Source of the DNA: the human T2T-CHM13v2.0 reference genome, Homo sapiens
Length of the DNA: 64,000 nt
NCBI GenBank assembly: GCA_009914755.4
Contig: CP068257.2
Coordinates: 19,360,001 to 19,424,000 of the forward strand
Direction: 5' to 3'
Both the position numbers and the translations under genes were made by a program. The notes under the pieces were generated by a model that saw only the letters and a list, made by a program, of their open reading frames with translations, made no database searches and was not told the origin of the DNA. This document shows, in pieces, positions 12,325 through 29,244 of this stretch; within the stretch, counting starts at the first letter, position 1; every line of letters starts with the position of its first letter.

Positions 12325-13862
12325 AATGATTTTTGTGGTGTTCTCTAGGTCCAACTTCAGTGATAAAAGCATTTAAGTTTATTGGATGGAGTACATTTTT
12401 GGATACCCCAGAAAATCTTTATCACCTATTTATCTGTGTGCCTGCCATTTATCTATTAATGTTACCATTATTATATATGATGCTTTTAACTGGAAACACA
12501 GTTTGCAATTAAAGAAATTACTAGTGCTTCTGATTTATCTATTTTTACTTTTATCTCCCTCCTAAAGTTTACATATAATCACTTTAATTGGTAATCTAGA
12601 TGAGTTATTTTATTTCAAAGCCCCCTCATACACGCTATGTTAATGCATTTTACCTCTGTGTGGATTGCAGGTGGTTTGCAATTTAAGAACAAAACTTAAC
12701 CTAGGTTGTTCAATGGCTTATGAAGGCCTATGTGCTTTATAAAAACCTTCACCACCACATCCAAAATGGATATGAAATGTTCAACTTTACTGTGCTCGTG
12801 TTATTAAAATAACACTTCTTAGTACACAATTAAGAGCTATTATGCAATACCCTAAGTTGTTAATGTATTTTTGCTTTCAAGTCCCTGTATCATTTTTATT
12901 TTAATGAAACATTTTATGAAAAATAGCCTCCTTCCTACACTGTGCATTAATACAGCGATTGTTTGATGAACAGTGACTTCTTTAATCAGGAAATACCTCT
13001 TTCTTACTAGGAAAATCAAAGGATTAAACTATTGACTATGGGAGGAAAGAGGACTTTGTGATTAGTCAAGTTTCACTTGAGCTTTCCTGCTCAGCTGCCT
13101 CTCACTCCCATGCCTTTTACCTCATTTTAAAGTCTCTAAGTCTCAGGTGATGGACATGGATGTGGATGTGTGATGGAAGAAGATAAATCTTTATAAGTGT
13201 AAAGTGTCATTACTAATTAGAACTCCGAAACACATTCTAACCTCCCAGTAGAAACGCATGCAGGGAGCTGAGGTTGAATGATAAAGGGAAGTGAATACTC
13301 AAAGACTAATCACTGTTTTGTTTCAGGGAGGATAATTCATCACCTAAAGGGGAATGGGAATGTGGGTGGTTGTGTTAGAAGGGCGAAGAGCTTGGATAAA
13401 ATCTAATATAGTTTCATGCATACAGGGGAGAAAAAGATACCCAGAATGTATAGAATGATTATAGGCAGCCTTGTTTCCTTAATGATCAGTGTGTAGTTTT
13501 AAGTATTTGATGAATTAATTGAATGAAAGAAGGAAACCTGCCATTTACTCTGCAGGGTTTTTTTTTTCTTTTTTTCCATAGGGATTACATCATTTTTAAA
13601 TTCAAAGCATGTAGGACATCTGAACTATTATTTTAGAGATGAGGGAACTGATTTTCATAAAAGATATGTAGCATCTAATAAGGGAAGGATCTGATATTCA
13701 AATTCAGGAATATCTGATTCTAAAATGATGCTCATTTCACTGATGGAAACATAGTCCCTTGAAGAAACGAGGAGTTGCAGAAGGAAAAAGACAAGCACTA
13801 GGAGTAGTTCTAGCTTCAGGTTTTTATCATTTTTTTCTGGCCAATTCTCCCCCCGCCTCCCA

Positions 13863-14530
13863 CCCAGCTGTATAATACATATATTTACAGTATATGGCAT
13901 GATTTTTTGACGTACGTATGTATTGTGAAATTATTATATCAAGCTAAGTATCTATCGCCTTATATAGTTATTTCTGTTGTTGTTAGAACATCTAAGATCT
14001 AGTCTCTTAGCAATGTCCAGGTATACAATACATTTTTAACTATAGTCACCGTGCCATGCAGTACATCTTCAGAACTTATTCAACAGAATGAAAAGACTAA
14101 CTATGGAATGGGAGAATATATTTGTAAACTATACCTCTGATAAGGGGTTAATATCCAAAATATATAAGTAGTTCAGATAACTGAATATCAAGAAAACAAA
14201 TAACCCAATTTAAAAAAAGGGGGCCAAACAACTGAGTAGATATCTTCTAGAAGCTGACATATATATGGTCAAAGGCGTACAAAAAAATGCTCAACATTGG
14301 TTTTCAAGGAAATGCAAATTAAAAACCATAAGGAGATATCACCTCACACCTGGTAGATTGTCTGTTATAAAAAAGACAAAATCTAATGTTGGTGAGGAGA
14401 ACAGAGAAGCTTCGTGCATTGTTTTGGGGAATAGAAATTAGTACAGACATTATGGCAAATAGTATGGAGGTTCCATAAAAATGAAAAAATGGAAATGCCA
14501 TATCATTGGTTCATTGCTTTTGAATGGCCA
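13863..14530 (-). mobile_element. L1 3'-end fragment with 5' inversion (twin-priming-like), element oriented on the minus strand
   Basis: 13863-14055 is antisense to the L1 3' UTR terminus (ccagctgtataatacatatatttacag...gtatacaatacatttttaactatagtcaccgtgccatgcagtacatc). 14060-14530 is sense to the L1 ORF2 3' region (gggagaatatatttgtaaactatacctctgataaggggttaatatccaaaatatataag...ggaaatgcaaattaaaaaccataaggagatatcacctcacacctggtag). In L1 orientation this is an inverted upstream piece followed by a direct 3' terminal piece. Confidence 0.5.
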
Positions 14531-15899
14531 AATCCAGGTTAGTGACTGCCAGTTGGTAAACGAGTAACTCTTTTAGAGACTTAAAATATTAATAAGCATG
14601 GAGAACTAGCAGGATTTAGAGATAATAGGGTGGGGTTTAGAGTGGTTGTAAGGTGGGGAAACTCGATTGTTTAGATTAGTGTAATTCATTAAGAACTACA
14701 TAACATTAATATTTAAATATGAGCTGTATCTTTAAATGGCTTTTCTTATTGTGAATCACTACAATGATCAATAATTTAGTAAGCCGTCAGTCTGTGGATG
14801 ACTTACTGAATATTATCATAGTGAAATTACATCAGTTTAGGATGCTTTTAGGGGCAAAGAAGAGAAGGACAAATTCAAAATGGCTTAAAAATAATCTATT
14901 ATAGCACAGGAAAGGCCATATAGAGGTAGGTTTTAATTTCATATTTCTACTCCTGGTTTTGCTGTTTTTACTTGGCTTTGTGGAAGAAACTTGTCTTCAG
15001 CAACTCAAAGCATCACATACTTATGCACTTACCTGAAGTTGGGAAATAAAGAAATATAGGCGCAGTTTATTTTATTGTGTTTCCTTTTATTGCATTTCAC
15101 AGATACTGCATTTTTTTTACAACTCGAATGTCTGTGGCCCCCCTGTGTCAAGCAAATCTATCGGCCTCATTTTTCTGATAGCATATGCTCTCCTTGGGTC
15201 TCTGTGTCACATTTAGGTAACTGGCAATATTTCAAACATTTTATTATTATTATGTCTTTATGGTGATCTGTTATCATTGATCGTTGATGTTACAATTGTA
15301 ATTATCTTAGGGTACCTCAAAGCATACCCACATAATGACAAACTTAATCAATTTATAAGTGTCGTGTATACTCTGACTGCTCCACTGACTGGCTGTTTCC
15401 TGGTATTTGTCCCTCTCTTCAGACCTTCCATTCCCTGAGACACAACAATATTGAAATTAGGCCAATAAATTAACCCTACAATGGCCCCTAAATATTCAAG
15501 TCAAAAGACGGGTCACAGGTCTCTCCCTTAAAATCAAAAGTTAGAAATAATTAAGTTTAGTGAGGAAGGCATATTGAAAGCCAAAATAGGCCAAAAGCTA
15601 GGCCTCCTGTGCCGGTTAACCAAATTATGAATGCAGAAAACACAATTACTGAAGGAAATTTAAAAAGCCACTCCAGTGAATACACAAATAAGAAAGCAAA
15701 GCAACCTTATTGCTTATATGGAGAAAGTTTTACTGGTTTGGATAGAAGAGCAAACTAGCCACAATATTCTCTTAAACCAAAGCGTAATCCAGAGAAAGGT
15801 CCTAATACTCCAGTTCTGTGGAGGCTGAATTGGAGAGGTGAGGCGAGACAGGTGAGGAAGCTACAGAAGAAAAGTTGGAAGCAAGCATAAATTAGTTCA

Positions 15900-16301
<402 letters not shown>

Positions 16302-16568
16302 TTATTCAGAAATTCTAGTTAACATAGTTGATGAAGGCAGGACTACACTAAACAACAGAATTTTAATATAGAAGAAACAGCCTTCTATTGTCAGATGATA
16401 CTATCTAGAAGTTTCTTAGCTAGAGAAGAGAAGTCAATGCTTGGCTTCAAAGTTGCAAAGGACAGGCTGGCTTTCTTCTTAGGGAATAATACAGCTGGTG
16501 ACTAAGCTGAAGGCAATGCCCATTTGCTATTCTTATAGTCCTAGCGTCCTTAAGAATTACGCTATGTC

Positions 16569-16853
<285 letters not shown>

Positions 16854-18026
16854 CTATTCTGACTGTGCTCTACAAATGAAACAAAAAGCTGGGATGACAG
16901 CACATCTGTTTACAACATGATTTACTGAATATTGTAAGCTCACTGTAGGGACCTACTTCTCAGAAAAGAAAAAAGTTCCCTTCAAAATATTACTGCTAAT
17001 TGACAATGCCTCTGCTCAATCAAGAGCTGTCGTGGAGATTTACAAAAAGATCAACATTGTTTTTATGCCTACTAACACAACATTCATTCTGTAGCTCAGG
17101 GATCAAGGAGTAATTTTGACTCTTGCTCTTATTCTTTAAGAAATATATTTCATAAGGCTATAGCTGCCATCGGTAATGATTCCTCTAATGGATCTGGGCA
17201 AAGTCAATTGAAAACCTTCTGGAAATTCACCATTCTAGATGCCATTAAGAACATTTGTGGTTCACGGGAGGAGGTCACATGTCAACATTAATAGGAGTTT
17301 GGAAGTTATTCCTCGTATTTCTCCATCCTCATGGATGGCCGAGGTTCAAGACTTCGGCAGAAGTAGTAACTGCAGATCTGATGGAAAGAGGAAGAGAAAT
17401 AGATTAGAAGTGGAGCTTGAAGATGGGACTGAAATTCTGCAATCTCATGACAAAACTTGAATGGATGAGAAGTTATTAGCTTCTTATGGGTAAGCAAGGA
17501 AAGTGATTTCTTGAGATGGAATCTAATTCTGGTGAAGATGTTCTGAACCTTATTGAAATATAAACATTATTTAGAATATTACATACACTTAGTTAATAAA
17601 ACAGTCAGAGGGTTTGAGAAGATTGACTTCAATTTTGAAAAGCATTCTACTGTAGGTCAAACACGATCAAACAATATTGCATGCTACAGAGAAGTACGTT
17701 AGGAAAGGAAGAGCCGATTGAAAACACCGGACATCATTGTTGTGTTATTTTGAGAAATTGCCACAGTCACTTCAACCTTGAGCAAACCCCTACCCTGATC
17801 AGGAAGTAACCATTTACATGGAGGCAAGACCCTCTACCAGCTAAAGGATTAGGACCCACTGAAGGCTTAGATGATCCTTCACTCTTTTTTAGCAATAAAA
17901 CATTTTTAAATTAATGTATGGACATTTTTAGACATCATTCTGTTGCACACTTAATAGACTAGTATAAATACAACTTTTACATGCCCTGGAAAACCAAAAA
18001 AAATTGTGTTACTTAGTTTATTGTGA

Positions 18027-18410
<384 letters not shown>

Positions 18411-19540
18411 CTGTATTTCTTTAGTTGATTTTCTTTGGAGGAAAAATCCCCTTACCCTGTGTTGTCTAGCCAACTTCCCTCAATACTCATTGGCTATAAT
18501 CATTTCATATGATCACTCCTAAATTAATTGGTGGTGAGGAGAATGACATTAACATGATTTCCTTTCCCGAATCAACTCCCTTTTGCTGATGGGAAGATCT
18601 GCCTCCCTCGAAGTACATGACTGGCCAATCAAATGACGTGTCCATCTTGCAAGGAAGAATGAAGGATCGAGAATATTGTAGTCAAATATGTCTGCCGCAG
18701 GAATGTTGAAAAGACCATTTTTGACAAAGAATGCAAACAATATCAAAGCCAACGTTTATAAAGTTCTTACAGTGTACCATATTTATGCGCTTCGTATGTG
18801 TGATCTCATATGATTCTCCAAACTTTTGAGATTATCTTTTATAAATGAGGTAATGAGATTTTAAAGAGTTTAGATGACTTGCCTAACTGACAACACTGTC
18901 AGTGGCAAAGTTGGGATTTGAACTCAGTCTGATTGGCAAAAAGAGTTGTCTTCTACCAGCCAAGTTGCCATAAAAGAAAACTATGCATTGTGCATAGTTT
19001 TACTCTTGTTAAGTGTAAGAATGATAAGGTAAGGCTATTAACTTGCTTTGTGAACAGGCTATGTTCTGGGCACTTTCCAAAAAAAAAGCTGTTATGCTTG
19101 AGCTTCTTTAATACCTATATCTGCTGATATATTATTATTATTTAAAAAGGTTTTACAAATAAGGAAATTATGGGACAGAGTGATAAGTAATTTGCCGCAG
19201 GTCACGTAGCTATGAAGTGACCAAGGTGGAGTTTGAACTCAGGCTTGCTTTGCCTTTGAAGACCTGGGTGCCTCCCACTACACAGTGCTTGGGGACTATA
19301 GTCAATATATGGCAGGAGAAGGGTAATAGATTTGGAATAAACCAAAATGCATACCCTTGTCTAGTCCAACAAAAGCTTATGATATAAAAGAAGCTAACAT
19401 TTTTCAAGGTAAATATTTTTATTGTTTTTACATTCTTTTCAAGAGTATGTAGGAGAATAACATTTTCAAGTGTAAGGAGGCCTAGGAAAATATTCATATT
19501 GTTTCTGGAAGAGGAAGAATTGGTTAAACAATAGAAATGG

Positions 19541-19874
<334 letters not shown>

Positions 19875-20229
19875 CTATAGAGGGAGAAGTTGTAACTAAG
19901 AGTGGTGATTTGAAATGGACCGATGAGGCAAGTTATATATCGAAGCACGGGCGATTATGCAGACTCACTAATCCGGGTGCATGCCTCGACCAAAGTGAGC
20001 TATACTATTCCTCGCTTATGATTTCTTCCAAAAGCTGCACAGTGAATCAAAAGTTAGGGTAATACAAAATCATGGTTTGAAGCACTTGGTGTATGAAACT
20101 ATGCACGCGCTCCATAATTTCTTTTTAGGATAGCTATGCTTTTTCTTTGCCAGGCACTTGCATTAACACTGTGCAAAATAGCCAAATCTATAAAATTTTA
20201 TGTAAAATATATTTTTAAAATTTATGTAA

Positions 20230-20320
20230 CATATATATTTGTTTGTATAGGTCTGTGTATATATATTTGTGTGTGTGTATATACTTATACACATACAGAT
20301 ATTACATATATATGCATACA
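20230..20320. repeat. TA/TG-rich low-complexity tract
   Basis: tatatatttgtttgtataggtctgtgtatatatatttgtgtgtgtgtatatacttatacacatacagatattacatatatatgcatac. It underlies ORFs 20136..20441 and 20243..20452. Confidence 0.8.
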
Positions 20321-21697
20321 GAAGCTTGGGGAAACCATTCTATGCTGTATCAAATTCTTTCAATGCTCTATCAAAATGTTTGCTTTATTTGTTTCATTAG
20401 TTTCATTAGTACTGAAATTCATGAATATTTTACGTTATTAGTTCTTTGCTGATTTTTGCTTCTAAGAAGCAAATGTACTTCATTCTAAAACATTGGACTC
20501 ATTATTCACACTTCGTATAACTGAAGACTAATTAGCCAGTGTTTAATTTCTCAAGACTACAAAACAATATCTGCTGTCTCCTTGTTACACAAAACGAAGA
20601 GCTAAACACCTCTCCCCACTATTTTTTCAAAGAAACTCCCAACACACAAGTATCCATAATTGATGATGTTTTCCATCAAAACATAGTCAGTGAATATAGA
20701 TAAAATCGGCATTTGGAGTATGAATGTTTTGGTTCCAGCTCAGGGACTGTAATTGAACTGCATGCGCAGACTTGAATTCTTCATTTCAGTTTCTCCAGTT
20801 TGTAATTAAAGAGATGAAGGCTGCTAAGTTTCTGATGGTGTTATACTCTGTTTTACATTGGACTGCACAACTGAATTATCACACTTCTTGTTACAGTGCT
20901 GCTGAACAAATTTAACATATTTGTAATATCACAATAAGTATTGGATCATAAAATTATAGATGCATATTCTCTTATATTTCAGTGGTCTATCATCGTGTCC
21001 CTTTTGAGAATTACTAAATAGATTATCTGCTTCTATTTCTGTTGACAGAGAACAGATTTCATTTGTGTAAAGAGCTTTTGTGAGGTATGTTGGTTCTGTT
21101 TTTCATATAAAGCATTTCCATATTTTCAGGTACTCAGGTCAACTAAGTGCACTTATTTGCAGCAAAATAAGAATGTTCAAATTAGAGAGTTTGTAGTAAC
21201 TTTATTGCTAGCAGGTTTATGGTTTTATGGAAATAAAAATATTTAGAGAGGAGCTTTCCTTTTTCTATAACTAGCATTGAATGGTTCTATTTTAAAACAA
21301 TTCTTTGATTTACTTTTACTTCTTACAGATTGGTGACACCAGTCAAAATTGTTTCTGAGGTTTTCAGAATTCACATCACGTGGTTGGTCATTGAAGTATT
21401 CTGGCTGAATGGTTGGATGCTAAATGGATTCCTGCCAGCACATGGCAGTTCCAGGCATTGAGGCCAATGACTGCTTAGTGCTGGGGTGAAACACTTTCCC
21501 ATGCACAAGTTGCTGGTGGTTTCCTGTGAATAAATTTGGATCCTGTGGCCTAAATAATTTCTTCAGCAGATAATTCAGTGTCTGTGTTTTGTTCCCAGTT
21601 CTGTTCCATGCTCAGTGAAGCCTCGCTCTGTATACTTAAATATCTAAGTATTTTTCCCTTTAGCTTCAAAGCAAACTTTTTGATAATTATACCTGCA

Positions 21698-21767
21698 AAA
21701 ATTTTATTTTTATTTGTAGAGATGCACACTTCAAAATTTATTTTTATTTGTAGACATGCAAACTTCA
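21698..21767. repeat. Tandem duplication, ~35 bp x2
   Basis: aaaattttatttttatttgtagagatgcacacttc / aaaatttatttttatttgtagacatgcaaacttc. Confidence 0.85.
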
Positions 21768-22451
21768 AAATATTCTTCCATGCCATAGGTTTTATGATGA
21801 TTAAACAGCACGGAGTTTGAGATCTGGCAGATTTGCATATAAATCTTGCTCATCCACTTGCTGGATGTGAGGTCTTCTGCAAGTCATTCAATGCTTTTCT
21901 TAAGAAAAGAATATTAAGAGTGTTCCTTAATATTTTCATCCATAGAATGAGGATAATAATATTAGTGCTATTCACAAAGTATCCAATTAATATTAGCTCT
22001 TTTCCTTAGTATTACAATAGAGCCAATTTATAATTAATTTTTTTATTATTTATTTTCCAAGCCTCCTTTAAAAAATATTCAAAGAAAATTTGGATATATC
22101 AAAAATGATGTTCCAGTAAAATGTCAGAATGTTTATCTTGAGGTAGTTATTAGCTTTGCAAAGTTACATTACCACTCTGCCACTGAATACATTCTATTCA
22201 GTTTTCGCATACTTCGCTAAGTGCCTAGGGCAGCTGATAAGTTTAGCTTTTGTGGGCTTTATGGTGTCTAGATCCTTTCTGCTTCTCTGTGTTAGCTGGG
22301 TGCTGTCGTGGTGCAGGGCTTCATAGATGAGTCAGAATGTGGAATTGAGGGTAATTACTCAGTTTATTAACTGACTAACTGCATAAATCCTGAATCCAGT
22401 ACAAACTTCAGTTTCTTTTCTTTTTTCTTTTCCTATTTTTATTTATTTATT

Positions 22452-22737
22452 CTTTTTGAGATGCTGTCTCGCACTGCTGCCTGGGCTGGAGTGCAGTGGC
22501 GTGATCTAAGTTCACTGCTACCTCTGCCTCCGGGTTCAAGTAATTCTCCTGCCTCAGCCTCCCGAGTTGCCTGGATTACAGGTGCCCACCACCAAGCCTG
22601 GCTAATTTTTGTATTTTTAGAAGAGATGGGGTTTCACCGTGTTGGCCAGGCTGGTCTCAAACTCCTGACCTCAGGTAATCCGCCCGCCTCGGCCTCCCAA
22701 AGAGCTGGGCTTACAGGCGTGAGCCACTGCACCCGGG
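22452..22737 (-). mobile_element. Alu element (minus)
   Basis: tttttgagatgctgtctcgcactgctgcctgggctggagtgcagtggcgtgatc...gcgtgagccactgcacccgg. Track ORF 22461..23126 begins inside this antisense Alu. Confidence 0.9.
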
Positions 22738-25643
22738 TGACCAACATTCAGTTTCCCTCTCAGGGCTGTCCTCCACTCTCAAGGACTTTCCCTTTCTTCC
22801 CTGACATTACTCGAACTGTTGTCTGGGCTCTGGTGGAAGCTTATTGTTGTTATTTTTCTCCACTTCTCTTCATCTGTAACTCACCTGTAGACCTTGGTTG
22901 TGCCTCCACTTTGTGCAGTGTCTGTACTAGCGGCATTTCACAGCGTGACCACAGCACAAGCACAGATGTTTCCGCAATTCTAAGTAAGGCTCCACCTCAG
23001 CTCCCACTGATCCAGTCGTGCCCAGAGGCTCAGCATGCTCTCCCTCGGGACTTGGCTGGTGGAGTTCCTCCCATAACCTGTGTTACCAGGTTTCCTGATT
23101 CGAGCTCTAGTGATGCCCCCAGCTAGTTCCGTAACAATATATTCTCTTCTAATGTATTCATCCTATTAAAGGTATTATAGGAACACTTTTTAAATATCTT
23201 CCACATTATAGTAGAGCAGTAAAGACATAGGGGAGAGGGAAAACTTGGACTCACTGTGGCCTAGTAGACTTCCCTATCTTTATACCCTCTGGAAGGCAGT
23301 CATTCTAGAGTACCGTCCATGCTTGTTGCAAAGACAAAGTCCGTTTATCCCTCAAATCTTTCTGTGGTGGTTATAGTAAAGATTGTGGCAGTAGGGTTGG
23401 TAAGGTAGGTTGGCCAGGTGTCTCCTGGGTCCCACAGAGAATTACAACACAGGAAAGGAAAACATAGTATGCCAAGAGACATTTGATGATCTTCTGCTTT
23501 CATCCTTCCCAGCAATTTATTGCATTCTTCTCTTTAAGGAAATGGGAAACTATACTTAAGCAAATGCATTCTTTTTCTATGGATCATTTTTTTTTTGTAA
23601 ATTCTTTGTTATGGGCCATTTAGTTATTGATATTTAAAGGGGTCCTTATTAAGAAAACATTCATCTCTTTGAAGCACATGGATTTGGGCTTTAAAACCCC
23701 AGCATTCAAGGCCATCCATTCTGCCATGCTCTATTTTAAAGTGTGCTGTGAAAAGCAAAGTTGATGATGACTTTTTTGGTTCTCAGCTTTTGCAGACCTC
23801 ATCAAGCAATGGGTGGCTTAGTTCACTTCCGTGTAAAGCCTGGAGAAACAAGCCTTAGAGAACTTGTTTAGAGAGTGAGAAAGACTCAATACATAGACAT
23901 GTAAGAATGAAATAGAAACAAACAGTAGGAGATAAAATTGAGTCAATGGTGATTGTTATGTTTATAAAAACTAGAAGGATTGATTTGATTCCCAACTTGC
24001 AATTCTAGAACAATTTTCCAGGGGTAGCTTTTTTAATCTTTCACAAGCTGGTATTTTTTAATCTATTCATTTATCCCAATTTATCTTATAAACCCAAGCT
24101 CAAGCCATACTTAATTTTTAAAAACACTTCTTAGTCATTTTAAACCATATTTCTCCATCTCTTATGAACGACTAGTACAAAGATTAGTACCGCTCATTTG
24201 AACATGTAATCTCATATAATCCAGTGTTAGAGTTTTTTAATTTTGTTAATCTCGTCCTCTAAATTTTATTCTAAGCTTCTTACATTCTAAGCTTTTTATA
24301 CACAGAAGTTTTATGTCATGCACATAGTAGATGTTCAGTAAATAGTTTTTGAAAAAATAAATGGATGATGCTCTGATATTGTTATTTATACTTAGAATAA
24401 AAGAAGAGATTGAAAACAGTAACACAAGAAATTTGGTTTATATAAAGTTAAATAAATATCTGGCTGTGATGGCTTTTATAAATGAACATATTGTACTGAT
24501 AAATGTCATAGAATGTAGTCTTGAAAGACTTTAAAGATAAGCGTGCCCTTTTATCTAATTAGAATAGTTTAGTTGAAAATAAAAGTAAAATAAGTTGTAT
24601 CCAAGTGTTTTAAAAAAATACATACTTAAAAAATTAAACTCATGTGTTTTTCCTTCTTTATTTAGATTAACTTAGTAGTTTATTGGAAACTTAATGAAGA
24701 ATATATACAACACTTTCCTTCTCAATACTTTACTTCCAGATTGTTAGAGAAGACAGCAAATAAAGGTAATAGTCAAACTCCTAGAAGACTTTGTGTATAT
24801 AATTTAGTTATTTTCATGTCCTGCCTAACTAAATTATTTTAATTTTTGCATGGCTTTAAATGTTCTATAGTAGAATTGATTTCAGTTATAAAAATAGGGA
24901 GTGGATTTTCAAGTATTACTATTCAGGTAAACAATATTTGAATTATTTTACTGCTAAAACTGTTATACTAGTTATACTTACACACAGGCTAATTCTTTGT
25001 GACCACCCTCTGTATCTAAAGAATAGATTAAAACATAGGTTACTATTTATTAATACAATTGCAAATTATTTTAACATAATTTCATTTCAATAGTCCATTT
25101 GTTTTCATGTAATATACAGTAATAATAATGAGTTTTTTTAATGTTTCACTTTGATGAAATGAATGTTAAAACTTTATAATCTGTTTTCAGTTGTGGGAAA
25201 TTTAGTTTTAACCGGGAAAAGGTGAGGATGTCAAGAAGTGATTGTCATAGACATGTAGATCTTACAATAATTAAATAACAAAAGCAGCAATAACAGAGGC
25301 ATAGCATAATAAAAGTTAGAGTAGAAGAAGTCAACCATTGTAAACATGTATTTGATTTTACATAAAATATTTACTTTAAAATGAGTTAATATTTATAGTC
25401 TAAAAATGTGAAAATACATATATGGTCATAGTCTGAAAGACATATATACAACAGTAAGCTTTATACCTAAATAAGAACATGGGAAGTAAGAAAGATAACT
25501 AGCACAAAAATCCAAACTGGCTGTTTTACTCCATTGAAAGTTGCATTTAATTTTGAGTTGACTGAGAAAGGAATAAGATGGGATATACTATAATTCTTAT
25601 TATGAAATGAGGTAACTGTACTAGTTATTAAGAAGGAATATTA

Positions 25644-25937
<294 letters not shown>

Positions 25938-26997
25938 GAAGAAGAAGGAATATTGAAATTAATTTATTGTGTGGTTCTTCAAGTTAGATAACTTTAAACA
26001 GCTTAATAGATGATGTCTCCCAAACTGGTTTTAGAAAAGATCCAAAACCTTTTTAATAGTATTATTTTAAATTAGCCATGGAAACAGCCTGGAGCTTAGT
26101 GGATTGTATTTGCCTATAATCTAATTTACTCATATATGCATACATGTATGCATATTATAAATATGGATATATTTGACACAAAGAAAGGAGCATTATTGTT
26201 TAGCATTTATTGTATATATATTTAGATATGTCATTCATATCTAATTTTTTACATTAAAGCAACAAGTTAAAATGTAATTTAAAGTGATGAATAATAAAAC
26301 AATTTTCACAAATATGTTTCTGAGGATTTTGGCTTTAATGTCGTATACTCATTTCTATTTGTCAAATCCTAGCTTTGTGAAACCACTGAGCCCTGTGGGT
26401 AATAAAAAGATGTATAAACCCTGGATCATTTTCTCAAGGGATTTACCATCCAAGCATCAGTAATAATACACTTGTTCCCAAAGCAATAATACAAAGAATA
26501 TGTGATATTCCATATAAGTGATGAAATGTGATGTCAGCCTGCGAATGCTATTTGATTGTATGTGTGTGCATGAATGCTGACAATCTGATTGAAACAATGC
26601 AGTCAAAATGAGTCTCTCACTCAGGAAGAACTATAAAATCAACCAGTTTTGTTCTGACACCTACAGGATATCAGTTCCTTTATGATACCACTATTTCTGG
26701 GAGCAGACACACACCTTGCTTTTGCACATGCAGTTTTCCCCTGGAACAAAGGAGATGGTTAGGTTTTGTGTTCTCCAAGAAATCCTGGGGGGGGAAAAAA
26801 CAGAGAAAATTGAAGTATTTATTTATAAAACATGCAAACTATTTTAATACAACATCCTGATTTTACAAATAAAGAGAAAAGAAATCCCTTAAAGGTATAA
26901 ATGACTTCAATTATCCACAGCCAGCACAGAGAATGGCTTGATCCTCAATCAGTTGTCCAACTTAAGTAGAAAAAAACTTTAAAAAATGTACATTGGG

Positions 26998-27307
<310 letters not shown>

Positions 27308-27494
27308 GTGTACAGTAGGAAAAAAAGGTTTTGTTTTGTTTTGTTTTCATTAAAAACTACTTTCAGGTCAGAATTTTATGTGCTTTAAAAGTTATTTTGA
27401 ATGTGCTAGATTATTGTTTGCATTCTTTCCTCTAAATACACACTATAGTCTTTTATTACAAAGGAAAAGGATTTAAAAATTAAGGACTATAACT

Positions 27495-27786
27495 TTTTTT
27501 TTTTTTGAGATGGAGTCTCCCACTGTAGCCCAGGCTGGAGTGCAGTGGTGCAATCTCGGCTCACTGCAAGCTCCGCCTCCCGGGTTCATGCCATTCTCCT
27601 GCGTCAGCCTCTTGAGTAGCTGGGATTACAGGTGCCTGCCACCATGCCCGGCTAATTGTTTGTATTTTTAGTAGAGACGGGGTTTCACCGTGTTAGCCAG
27701 GATGGTCTCAATCTCCTGACCTCGTGGCCTGCCCACCTAGGCCTCCCAAAGTCCTGGGATTACAGGCGAGAGCCACTGCGCCCGGC
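27495..27786 (-). mobile_element. Alu element (minus, AluY/S-like)
   Basis: ttttttttttttgagatggagtctcccactgtagcccaggctggagtgcagtggtgcaatctcggctcactgcaagctccgcctcccgggttcatgccattctcctg...gcgagagccactgcgcccggcc. Confidence 0.9.
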
Positions 27787-28778
27787 CATTTTTAAATGAT
27801 GTTCTATCTCCCCAGGACTGGCGGTTTCTGTGTATGAGAGACGTCATTTCTAAGATAGTGAGTGTCCCACTGTTTAATATTTTATGATTAGAGGAATTCA
27901 ATGTCTGTCATTTTAAATGTAGAAATTACTGTTATTAATGGTAAGAGTCTTTACTGAATATGAACAAAATGTATTAATTTTACTTGGAGTCAAACCACTA
28001 TATTTTTTTGTGTCCCAGGAATTTATTCTCCTATGTCCCAGGAATTTGTTCTCTTATATCAATATTCATTTTTTTCACAAAGAGGAGGCATTTTATAAGA
28101 AAAATAATGGAAATAACTAGTACTACTTCCTGGGCAAAGGATATGGTATTGCTGAGATGGAGCTAATAATTGGTGAACTGGCTATACATACTGGAGCTGT
28201 GAGCTGTTGTGTCTTTGAATGAGAGACTGGACTCAGATTAACTGATTGGCAAGTATACCCACAAGTATATGAGAAGTCTTGGCTGAAAATTGGTTAGCAA
28301 ATTGATAATGCCTTTGGGCAATTGATGTGAAGATAGAGTTTAGTGAGTTCAGGGAGGGTCAATATTTTTAATTGAATTGTGAATGACAACAGGAGTCAGG
28401 TGGAGAATAACCTAAAGCTTGTTTTATCTAAAGTCATTTAAAAGGCTCAAGGCGAGAAATAAGTTTGATGAGTGCTGAGCACTTGGGAAGTATCAGTGTG
28501 ACGTGGATTTGTTCTAGAGGTGTGATGATGGTGGTGAAGAGAGAAACTGACATGAACCTTGGAAGGAAGCAAGAGCCGGGCTCAGCATCTTCTAGCATTG
28601 TGGTAAAGGTTAATAAAAGAAGGCAATTAACTAGGGTTTATTTGAGAAAAGGAAGAGGTTAGAAAAGAAGGTCTAAGTGTTTTAAAGTTTGAGTTTAAAT
28701 GCCTACAATGAAAAATCTTCCAAGTCAAAAATACTTGAGATTATCTCCATGAAAACTTACTTAAAAATTTCAAAGTTA

Positions 28779-29040
<262 letters not shown>

Positions 29041-29244
29041 ATTTTCAAATTTAGTATCTTTCCTGGATATCACGTAGTTTCTCTATTCCTAAGAAATTCT
29101 GTTTGATAACATAACCTGTAGTGATGTATTTGTGCACTTCTGTGACATTTGTTTTAACACATTTTGAGGAGAAAATATCTATATTTTTATTTTCACCATT
29201 TTCTTAATCCTATATGAGATTTTTAACCATGGCAAATGTTTTCT

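Noticed and set aside
17239-17460. 73-aa plus-strand ORF (…VVTADLMERGREIDLEVELEDGTEILQSHDKT)
   Set aside because: This is a genuine protein relic but not a gene. It is the C-terminal piece of the decayed Tigger1 transposase, surrounded by stops and frameshifts.
22461-23126. Longest ORF in the track (221 aa, plus strand)
   Set aside because: The first ~90 residues are the stereotyped antisense-Alu peptide (...[68 protein letters not shown]...). The remainder is low-complexity Ser/Pro/Cys-rich read-through with no recognisable domain. It is a chance extension of an Alu-derived open frame.
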